Source of the DNA: an uncultured Ruficoccus sp.
GTDB lineage: Bacteria > Verrucomicrobiota > Verrucomicrobiia > Opitutales > Cerasicoccaceae
Assembly (NCBI GenBank): GCA_965140785.1
Contig: OZ223478.1
Location: forward strand, 1 to 15,320
Length of the DNA stretch: 15,320 bases
Reading direction: 5' to 3'
Shown here piece after piece: positions 8,293 to 15,320 of the stretch. Within the stretch, counting starts at the first letter, position 1; every line of letters starts with the position of its first letter. The translations under genes and the position numbers were made by a program. The notes under the pieces were generated by a model, which worked only from the letters and a program-made list of their open reading frames with translations, was not told where the DNA came from and did no database searches.

Positions 8293-9273
8293 ATGCCCGT
8301 TTGCCCCAAAGTCGTTCTCGTCACCATGTTTGAACCCGCCGGTCGGCCCGGAGAGCTCTCGCTGTTCAAGGAGCGGCTGGACCTGGAGCCGGTTGAGCTG
8401 GCCGGCACCGGCCTGCGGGACGTCCACCTCGGCCACGAAGGCGAGCTCCTCGCCCTGACTACCGGCGTGGGCACCGCCAATACTGCCGTCTCCCTCATGG
8501 CGCTGGGCCTGTGTCCGGAGATCGACACCTCCGAGAGCTTCTTTCTCATTGCGGGCATCGCCGGGGCCGATCCGACGGCGGCCACCCTCGGCAGCCCCGT
8601 CTGGGCCGACTGGTGCGTGGACGGTGACCTGGCCTTCGAGATCGACGCCCGCGAAATCCCCCCCGCCTGGGAAACTGGTATCCTCCCCCTTGGTGCGACC
8701 GAACCCTTCGGCCCGTCGAATTTCCCCCCGTCCGATTTCGGACGGCCCTACCAGGTCTTCGAATTCAACCACACTCTCACCCACGCAGTCTACGAACTGA
8801 CCGCCGGGCTTGCCCTGGAAAGCTCCGACCAGCACGCCGCTTACTTGAAGAAATTCCCCGACGGCAGCGCCGCCCGCCAGGCGCCAACCGTTCTACGGGG
8901 CGACTGCCTGAGTGCCGCCCGGTACTTCCACGGGGAACGGGCCACCGCCTGGGCCCGCCGCTGGATCGAGCATTTCACCGGCGCTCAAGGGCGCTTCGTC
9001 ACCGCCGGAATGGAGGACTCGGGCACGCTGCACGCCCTCGACGTCCTTGACGAACTCGGCCACGCCAACCGCAACCGCGCCCTGCTCCTGCGCACGGCCA
9101 GCAACTTCACCCTGCCCCCTCCCGGCGAGTCCGCCACCGACCACTTCACCGCCGAGAACACCTTCCCAGCCTTCGACCTGGCGCTGGAGAACGGCACCCG
9201 AACCGCCACCGCCGTCATCGACGCCATTCTCGCCGACTGGCCCGAGTGGAACAGCCGGTACAGAGAGGAATAG
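8293..9273 (+). CDS. Purine nucleoside permease (NUP) family protein, nucleoside phosphorylase-like
   Basis: PKVVLVTMFE, TTGVGTANTAVSLMALG, FFLIAGIAGADPTAATLGSPVWADWCVDGDLAFEIDAREIP, MEDSG and LLRTASNF motifs typical of the NUP family. Confidence 0.85.
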   Translation: MPVCPKVVLVTMFEPAGRPGELSLFKERLDLEPVELAGTGLRDVHLGHEGELLALTTGVGTANTAVSLMALGLCPEIDTSESFFLIAGIAGADPTAATLGSPVWADWCVDGDLAFEIDAREIPPAWETGILPLGATEPFGPSNFPPSDFGRPYQVFEFNHTLTHAVYELTAGLALESSDQHAAYLKKFPDGSAARQAPTVLRGDCLSAARYFHGERATAWARRWIEHFTGAQGRFVTAGMEDSGTLHALDVLDELGHANRNRALLLRTASNFTLPPPGESATDHFTAENTFPAFDLALENGTRTATAVIDAILADWPEWNSRYREE

Positions 9274-9487
9274 CTGGCCACAGAGGAGGCACAGAGTTAT
9301 TCAACAGGAAGATCGGGAAGGACGATAAGACGGCTTGAGCAACGCTGCCCCCTTCCTCCTGACCTTCCTTGTACGCAGTCATAAGTCCCCATCGGTTTCT
9401 TAGAGAATGAATAAGCGGATTATATATTTCCTTCCTTACAATCTTCTCTGTGCGCTCTATGCCTCCTCTGTGTACTCTGTGACCAGC
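9273..9487. repeat. Intergenic element bounded by inverted arrays of CACAGAG/CTCTGTG units, with a nested AGGAAG/CTTCCT inverted repeat
   Basis: 9279-9296 CACAGAGGAGGCACAGAG versus reverse complement of 9455-9472 (17/18). 9273-9285 versus reverse complement of 9475-9487 (12/13). CTCT(G/A)TG units at 9446, 9455, 9466 and 9475. Inner imperfect pair 9303-9321 / 9351-9372. Confidence 0.85.
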
Positions 9488-9546
9488 CCCCTACCATCCC
9501 CACCATAAGCTTGAACTGGGCGCGTAACTCTCCACACTGCACGTTT

Positions 9547-10061
9547 ATGGCGAAAAGCAAGAAAAGCGCGGCGGCCAAGCCCGCCGTCGGATCATCATGG
9601 GTAGCACCTCGGATTGGGAAACCATGCAGCACGCGGCCGAGACCCTGGCCTCGCTCGGTGTGCCCTTTGAGAAAGAGGTCGTCAGCGCCCACCGCACCCC
9701 GGAAAAGCTTTACGACTATGCCAAGACCGCCGAAAAGCGCGGCCTGAGCGTAATCATCGCCGGGGCCGGCGGCGCCGCCCACCTGCCGGGCATGACCGCC
9801 TCCATGACCACGCTGCCCGTCTTCGGCGTGCCGGTCCAGTCCAAGGCACTCAGCGGCCTCGACTCGCTTCTGTCTATCGTGCAGATGCCCGCCGGCATCC
9901 CCGTGCCCACGCTCGCCATCGGCCGGGCCGGAGCGATCAACGCCGCCCTCAGCGCCGCCGCCGTCATCGCCCTGGGCGATGCCAAGGTGCGCCGCAAGCT
10001 CAAGGCTTTTCGCGACAAGCAGACCGCCACCGTGATGGACGCCGAACTGCCCGAATCATGA
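9547..10061 (+). CDS. purE: N5-carboxyaminoimidazole ribonucleotide mutase, with an apparent 1-nt deletion near 9590
   Basis: [25 protein letters not shown] and [11 protein letters not shown] motifs. The true start is probably ATG 9547 ([15 protein letters not shown]), joined to IIMGSTSD across GTC-GG-ATC-ATC-ATG. Confidence 0.93.
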
Positions 10062-11188
10062 TCGAACCCGGTGCGACCATTGGCATCATGGGCGGAGGGC
10101 AACTCGGCCGCATGTCTATCCTCGCCGGGCGTCAGCTCGGCTATCGCTTCCGCGTCTTCGAGCCCAAGCCCGGCTGCGCAGCCGGCATGGTGGCCGACGC
10201 GGAGGTCAACGCCGCCTACACCGACGAGGACGCGCTGCTGCGCTTCACGCAGGGACTGGCTGCCGTGACCTTCGAGTTCGAGAATGTGCCCGCCGCACCG
10301 CTCGCCGTGCTCGCCTCTGCCGCTCCCGTGCGCCCCGGCCCGGAGGTCCTCTACGTCTGCCAGAACCGCCGCCGCGAAAAAGAATTTCTCTCCGGCCACG
10401 GCTTTCCCTGCGCACCCTTCCGCGTGGTGGACGGCCCCGACGCGCTGGCCGAAGCCGTCAGCACCATCGGCCTGCCCGCGGTGCTCAAGACGGCGGACTT
10501 CGGCTACGACGGCAAAGGCCAGATCAAGCTCACCGAGGAGCAGGACTGGGCCAAGCTCTGGGCGGAGTTTGACGCGCCCCTGGGTGTATTGGAAAGTTGG
10601 ATACCTTTCGCCGCCGAGTGCTCGATCATCGCCGCCCGTAGCCCGGAGGGGCGCATCCGCTGCTTCCCACTGGCCGAAAACATTCACCGCAACCACATCC
10701 TGCACATGTCCATCGCACCCGCGCGGTTGAGTGAGCAAGTGCACGAGCGCGCGGAAGAACTCGCCCGCGACATCGCCGAAGCGCTCGGCGTGGAGGGGCT
10801 GGTCGCAGTGGAGCTGTTCGTCACCGACAAGGGCGACCTGCTGGTCAACGAACTGGCCCCGCGCCCGCACAACAGCGGCCACCACACCATCGACGCCTGC
10901 GCCACCAGCCAGTTCGAGCAGCACATCCGCGCCGTCTGCGGCCTTCCTCTGGGCGCAACCACGCTGCACACGCCCGCCGTCATGGTCAATTTACTGGGTG
11001 ATGTCTGGCCAAACGGCCAGCTCCCCGACTGGTCCCGCCTCCTGCGCAACCCCCGTCTCAAGCTCCACCTCTACGACAAGGGCGAGCCGCGCCCCGGCCG
11101 CAAGATGGGCCACTTCACCCTCCTGGGACGCGACGGCCAGCCCCCCGTGGACGAGGCCGAACGCATTTTCAGCGAACTTCAGTCGTAA
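10058..11188 (+). CDS. purK: N5-carboxyaminoimidazole ribonucleotide synthase (ATP-grasp)
   Basis: [37 protein letters not shown] and RKMGH motifs; ATGA overlap with purE. Confidence 0.97.
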   Translation: MIEPGATIGIMGGGQLGRMSILAGRQLGYRFRVFEPKPGCAAGMVADAEVNAAYTDEDALLRFTQGLAAVTFEFENVPAAPLAVLASAAPVRPGPEVLYVCQNRRREKEFLSGHGFPCAPFRVVDGPDALAEAVSTIGLPAVLKTADFGYDGKGQIKLTEEQDWAKLWAEFDAPLGVLESWIPFAAECSIIAARSPEGRIRCFPLAENIHRNHILHMSIAPARLSEQVHERAEELARDIAEALGVEGLVAVELFVTDKGDLLVNELAPRPHNSGHHTIDACATSQFEQHIRAVCGLPLGATTLHTPAVMVNLLGDVWPNGQLPDWSRLLRNPRLKLHLYDKGEPRPGRKMGHFTLLGRDGQPPVDEAERIFSELQS

Positions 11189-11218
11189 TTATCCTTCTCA
11201 TTTATTTTGAGAGGACAA

Positions 11219-11296
11219 ATTTAGCCACGGATGAACGTAGATAAAACGCGGACAGCGCTCTATCTAAGAACTCATCTGTGAAATCTGTGGATAAAT
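11219..11296. repeat. Intergenic inverted element of CACGGAT/ATCTGTG-type tandem units
   Basis: ATTTAGCCACGGAT (11219-11232) versus reverse complement of ATCTGTGGATAAAT (11283-11296), 12/14. Left units CACGGAT, CGTAGAT, CGCGGAC; right units ATCTGTG at 11274 and 11283. Confidence 0.75.
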
Positions 11297-11332
11297 AAAA
11301 AGCCCAGGAGCTCCGGCGGGGCTATACCCTGC

Positions 11333-11365
11333 AAAAAAAGCAGGGACCGATTTCCCGGTCCCCGC
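11333..11365 (-). terminator. Rho-independent terminator of the BMC operon
   Basis: Minus strand GCGGGGACCG-GGAAAT-CGGTCCCTGC followed by T7, 40 nt after the aldolase stop. Confidence 0.85.
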
Positions 11366-11405
11366 ATAGTGTATCTATTTCGCGTTGGAAAAGTCGTTGC
11401 CCGGA

Positions 11406-12491
11406 CTAGGAGCCGAGCTGCTTCATGATCATGTCGGTGACCTTTTGCACCAGCGCTTCGGTTTCGTCCTTGCCGCCGGGCTTGAAGTTGGCCGGGGAGA
11501 CGACGCCAGTGTCCGCCTGACAAACCACGCCGGGGCGGAATTCCGCGTTGTCGCACAGTTCGCACTCCTTCCAGTCGGCGCGCTTTTCGGGCATGCCGAG
11601 GCTCTGGCGGATGTTCATCAAGTCCTTGAGCTTGTCCGGTCCGTAGGTCCTCATGCCGCCCAGCTGCGAGGCAATGTAAACGGTCTGACAGTAGGCTTCG
11701 GTGTTCTCCATCTTCCAGTAGGCGTCCTCCACGTCCTTGCCCCAGACGATGACGCCGTGGTTCTGCATAATGATGGACTGGTGCTCGGGAGCGATTTCGC
11801 CCACGGCCTTGGCGTTCTCGGGGGAGCCGGGCGTCTCGTAGCGGGCCAGGCCAATCTGCCCGAGGAAGACTTCCGGCTCGGGAATGAGGCAGGTCGGGGG
11901 CTTGATCCCGGCCACGGCGAAGGCGGTGGCGTAAATCGGGTGGGCGTGCACGCAGGACTTGGCTGCGTCGGTCGCCTTCATGATGGCCAGGTGTGTATTC
12001 ACTTCGCTGGTACGCTTGCGCGTGCCAGCCACCTGATTGCCATCGAGGTCCACCATGCAGATCTCGGCGGGCTGGATGTAGCCCTTCGAGATGAGGGTCG
12101 GCGTGCAAAGCACGAGGTTATCCCCTACCCGCACGGTGATGTTGCCGCCGTTGCCGTCGCAGTAGTTGCGCTCCCAGATGCGGCGCCCCATGTCGCACAT
12201 GCGCTCCTTGATGACCTGAAGTTCGGGCGAGTTGAAGAAAGCCTGGATCGCCTCGGGGCTCTTCGGGTCCTTGCCCTTGACCCAGTGGTACTCATAGTCG
12301 GGCACGATCGGCTCAGCGGGCTTGGCCGCGAAAGTGGCGGGCTTGCCGGGGCGAGCCTTGCCCTTCTTCTCAAGGTCGCGGATGGCGTCGCGTCCGGAGG
12401 GGGTGATCACCGCGCTGGCGGGGATGCTGGTGACGTCGCCACCGGCGGCCACGAGTTCGGCAATGTCTTTGGCTGTGTAAACCTTCTTCAT
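11406..12491 (-). CDS. BMC-associated class II aldolase (fuculose/rhamnulose-phosphate aldolase-like) with N-terminal extension and C-terminal encapsulation peptide
   Basis: GNGGNITVR, TPTLISKG, TSEVNTH, VHAHP and QNHG metal-binding motifs; C-terminal amphipathic ETEALVQKVTDMIMKQL; BMC operon context. Confidence 0.92.
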   Translation of the reverse strand: MKKVYTAKDIAELVAAGGDVTSIPASAVITPSGRDAIRDLEKKGKARPGKPATFAAKPAEPIVPDYEYHWVKGKDPKSPEAIQAFFNSPELQVIKERMCDMGRRIWERNYCDGNGGNITVRVGDNLVLCTPTLISKGYIQPAEICMVDLDGNQVAGTRKRTSEVNTHLAIMKATDAAKSCVHAHPIYATAFAVAGIKPPTCLIPEPEVFLGQIGLARYETPGSPENAKAVGEIAPEHQSIIMQNHGVIVWGKDVEDAYWKMENTEAYCQTVYIASQLGGMRTYGPDKLKDLMNIRQSLGMPEKRADWKECELCDNAEFRPGVVCQADTGVVSPANFKPGGKDETEALVQKVTDMIMKQLGS

Positions 12492-12514
12492 GATAAAATG
12501 CGGGGTTGGAAAAA

Positions 12515-12811
12515 TCAGTCGGCGGGCTGGTAGTTTAAATTCTCGATGATGGCGGCGTTGTAGGCGTCGATGGGCGTGGGCCGGTCAAAGGGTGCGGTCG
12601 CCTCGGCCCCTTCGACGAAGCCGATGATGTCGCCACGGGTGGCGCCCAGGTCGTCATAGACGATGGCCGAAGCCGAGGTCGAGACGATCTCCTCATCCGG
12701 GCGGCTGAGTTGCGGGCGGGACATCGGGCTGACCACCAGCCAGCGGGCTCCGCGAAAGGCGGGGTCCTGGCGGCTGAGGGTGACTCGACCTATGACGCGT
12801 CCGATTCTCAT
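12515..12811 (-). CDS. BMC vertex (pentamer) protein, EutN/CcmL family
   Basis: MRIGRVIGRVTLSR...VYDDLGATRGD...EGAEA...PIDAYNAAIIE. Confidence 0.92.
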   Translation of the reverse strand: MRIGRVIGRVTLSRQDPAFRGARWLVVSPMSRPQLSRPDEEIVSTSASAIVYDDLGATRGDIIGFVEGAEATAPFDRPTPIDAYNAAIIENLNYQPAD

Positions 12812-12814
12812 AGC

Positions 12815-13069
12815 TTAGTCAATGATTCCCATGACCATGTTGCGCAGCGGCGAGTGCGAATCGCCCACGTGCTCGCGGGCGCTGCTGCCGTCTGTGGTGT
12901 AAAAAACCCGATCGCCAAAACCTGCCCCGTGCTCGTCCATGGCGATGACCGGGTCGCCGGTTTCGCGACCCGCCTCATCGATACCCTGAAGGATGAGCAG
13001 ACGCCACCCCCTCAAGGTCGGATGACAGACCGTCGAGGTGATGTTGCCGTCTACGCGGGCGAGGATCAT
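12815..13069 (-). CDS. BMC vertex (pentamer) protein, EutN/CcmL family
   Basis: MILARVDGNITSTVCHPTLRGWRLLI...AMDEHGAGFGDRV...DGSSAR...MGIID. Confidence 0.93.
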   Translation of the reverse strand: MILARVDGNITSTVCHPTLRGWRLLILQGIDEAGRETGDPVIAMDEHGAGFGDRVFYTTDGSSAREHVGDSHSPLRNMVMGIID

Positions 13070-13105
13070 TGGCGATGGGTTATTGAGTTATGCAAAAATT
13101 TAACG

Positions 13106-13133
13106 AAGCACTAAGAACAAAGCACAAGCGCAC
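13106..13133. repeat. Degenerate 7-bp tandem repeat (4 units)
   Basis: AAGCACT-AAGAACA-AAGCACA-AGCGCAC immediately after the aldehyde dehydrogenase stop; no inverted partner seen. Confidence 0.55.
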
Positions 13134-13137
13134 GGAC

Positions 13138-14597
13138 TCAGTACATCTGGAGACTGTCCACCAGCACGCAGCGGCGGCGGCGGGTGAAGGTGTCCGGCGT
13201 GGTGATGCCCTCGCCCGTGGTGGTGGCGATGGAGAAGCTGGAGTAGCCCTCGCCGCCGGTGCCCAGCCCGGCCAGGCAGGAGCCGTTCTTGACGAAGACG
13301 GTGGAGTCGAGCGCGCGGGCCATCATGCCCATGTTCACGACGTTGAGCGAGTGGATCATGGACGAGTGCTTGTATCCGTGTTCGGATACACGGGCCAGCT
13401 CAATGGCCTCCTCGATATCGCGCACGCGCACGACGGGGACCATCGGCATCATCTGCTCCTCCATGACAAAGGGGTGGTCCGCGTCGGTCTCGGCAAAGAG
13501 CAGTTGCGTGTCCGCCGGGCAGCTCGCTCCGGCCACTTCGGCCAGGCGGGAAGCGTCAGCCCCGACCAGATCGCGATTGAGCACCGGATGGGAGCAGCCG
13601 CCCGCGTCCTTCTTATCGGTGAAGGCGGCGGCGGTCAGCTTGGCCAGTTGGGCGTCGTTGATCTGGATCGCCCCGGCATCCTTAAAGGCCTGGAGGAAAG
13701 CCCCGTAAATTTTGTCCAGGACGAAGACCTGCTTCTCGCCCACGCAGAGCAAATTGTTGTCGAAGGCAGCACCGACGATGATGTCGCGGGCGGCCTTGGC
13801 GAGGTTGGCGGACTCGTCCACCACCACGGGCGGGTTGCCGGGGCCGGCGCAGATGGCGCGCTTACCGCTGGCCATCGCGGCCTGGACCACGCCGGGGCCG
13901 CCGGTCACGCAGAGGATGTCCACGTGGGGCGACTTGCAGAGCGCCTCGAAGGATTCGAGGGTGGGCTTTTCAATGATCGTAGCGAGATTTTCGATACCGA
14001 CCTCTTTCTTGAAGAGACGGTTGTAATACCGCACCGCCTCCACCGCGCAGCGGGCGCCGCCGGGGTGCGCGTTGAAGACCACACCGTTGCCCGCAGCCAC
14101 CATGCTGACAATGTTGCAGCTGAGCGTCGGGATGGAGTGCGTGACGGGCGTGATACCGCCGACCACGCCGAAGGGCGTGTTCTCCTCCATCGTGATCCCG
14201 TGGTCGCCGCTCATGCCGCGCGGGGCTAGCCACTCGACGCCGGGCAGGCCGGGGATGCCTTGCAGCTTGGCCACCTTGTGCTCCAGGCGTCCGATTTTCG
14301 TCTCTTCAAACTCGAGCTTGCCCCACTCTTCCGCCTTCTCGGCGCAGGTGTGCTTGACCAGGTTGACGATCTTGTCGCGCCGGCGATGCCGAGCTTGCGC
14401 AGTTCCTTCTGCGCGTGGGAGGCGGCCTCGGCGGCTTCGCCCGCGTCCTGAAACACGCCGTCGCGGCCCTGGCTGGATTTGCCGGAGCAGCCACAGTCGG
14501 AGCTCTTGCCCGCCGGGGCGGCGGCCTGCTGGCCGAGTTTTTTCAGGACGTCTTCCACCACGGATTTCAGTGTGGCTTCGTCAATATTCAGGCTCAT
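13138..14597 (-). CDS. BMC CoA-acylating aldehyde dehydrogenase (PduP/EutE family), split by an apparent 1-nt deletion near 14380
   Basis: ORF 14226-14597 gives MSLNIDEATLKSVVEDVLKKLG (encapsulation peptide)...GVFQDA...LGIAG. The next frame continues RDKIVNLVK...EETKIGRLEHKVAKL...PFGVVGGITPVTH...TGGPGVV...AGPGNPPVVVD...FDNNLLC...EQMMP...TGEGIT. About 486 aa when repaired. Confidence 0.93.
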
Positions 14598-14626
14598 GGG
14601 AAAGAGAAATTACAAGGTGTGTGTGC

Positions 14627-14938
14627 TCAGGGCTTGTCCTTATAGGCCTGCTGGCCGAGGACATCGACCGTATCGACGATGCCGATCACGGCGGCGTCAA
14701 CGGGAAGCTGCTTCATGCCGTCGGTCTGACGGGCCGAACTGCCGGAGCAGAACAGGACCATCTCGCCGGTGCCCGCGCCGAGCCGGTCCACTGCGACAAC
14801 GGTGTTGGAACCGTCGCGCAGCTCGCCCGGCTTGTCCGGGTTGACGACCTGGGGTCGCAACACGAGCAGCCGCTGCCCCTGCATGGCGGGGTCTTTCTTC
14901 GTCGAGACGACGTGGCCGATGACTTTGGCGAGAAACAT
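14627..14938 (-). CDS. BMC vertex (pentamer) protein, EutN/CcmL family
   Basis: MFLAKVIGHVVSTKKD...VAVDRLGAGTGEMVLFCSGSSAR...PVDAAVIGIVD. Confidence 0.96.
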   Translation of the reverse strand: MFLAKVIGHVVSTKKDPAMQGQRLLVLRPQVVNPDKPGELRDGSNTVVAVDRLGAGTGEMVLFCSGSSARQTDGMKQLPVDAAVIGIVDTVDVLGQQAYKDKP

Positions 14939-14946
14939 TTTTTATA

Positions 14947-15058
14947 AGTTTGAAAGTTTGAGGGTTTGAAAGTTTGAGCGTTCGTGTCACCGCCGTGACC
15001 CAGCCAGAGGACCGGGAGTCGGCAACTTTCAAACGTTCAAACCTTAAACTCTCAAACT
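14947..15058. repeat. Inverted pair of 8-bp tandem arrays (RGTTTGAR x4 / YTCAAACN x4)
   Basis: Left AGTTTGAA-AGTTTGAG-GGTTTGAA-AGTTTGAG (14947-14978). Right TTCAAACG-TTCAAACC-TTAAACT-CTCAAACT (15028-15058). GC-rich spacer containing the GTCAC-CGCC-GTGAC hairpin. Confidence 0.88.
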
Positions 15059-15072
15059 CCCGGGGTTCCGGG

Positions 15073-15320
15073 TTACTTCTTGGCGGGGCCTTGATGATGC
15101 TCTTGCTCAGGTCGTCGTGCGGACGGGCGATGACGTGGGCGCTGACGACTTCGCCGAAGGCGGAAGCCGACTGCGCACCGGCGTCGATGGCGGCCTTGAC
15201 CGCGGCGACGTCGCCGACGATGGTGGCGCTGACCAGCGCGCTGCCGACGTTTTTCATCGGGCCGACCAATTCGACATTGGCAGCTTTGAGCATGGCATCA
15301 ACGCCCTGCACGAGCGAGAT
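15073..15320 (-). CDS. BMC hexameric shell protein (BMC-H; PduA/EutM/CcmK family), 5' end outside the window
   Basis: ISLVQGVDAMLKAANVEL...VGSALVSATIVGDVAAVKAAIDAGA...GEVVSAHVIARPH. The likely true end is KAPAKK-TAA at 15073 if one base is restored in GGGG 15085-15088. Confidence 0.93.

Noticed and set aside
9273..9487. Repeats considered as a CRISPR array or IS ends
   Set aside because: Units are 7-11 bp with no unique 30-40 bp spacers, no cas or transposase gene is present, and no clear target-site duplication is seen.
14697..15072. Apparent novel ~120-aa C-terminal extension on BMC-H
   Set aside because: It translates the repeat element and an alternative frame of the BMC-P gene. A one-base repair gives a normal stop at 15073.
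9585..15090. Programmed ribosomal frameshifting in purE, the aldehyde dehydrogenase or BMC-H
   Set aside because: No X-XXY-YYZ slippery sites at the junctions; three unrelated genes with the same defect type fit sequencing error better.

Overview
GC-rich bacterial chromosomal window. Gene content and style suggest Verrucomicrobiota, possibly Opitutales (inference, mainly from the PV-type microcompartment locus). Left to right: partial tail-specific protease prc (-), glnE (-), a rhomboid protease (-), a ferredoxin (+), a 52-aa basic single-TM orphan (+), trkH-trkA (-), a NUP-family 'purine nucleoside permease' (+), purE-purK (+), and the 3' part of a Planctomycetes/Verrucomicrobia-type bacterial microcompartment (BMC) operon (-): BMC-H, BMC-P, aldehyde dehydrogenase, BMC-P, BMC-P, class II aldolase. 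Three genes (purE, the aldehyde dehydrogenase, BMC-H) each appear to lack one base in a G/C run, most simply explained as sequencing errors. The least explained signal is non-coding: several short intergenic elements built from degenerate 7-11 bp tandem units, mostly arranged as inverted arms, with a different unit sequence at each site. No CRISPR, rRNA, tRNA, transposase or integrase was recognised, and I cannot support a new protein-coding system.
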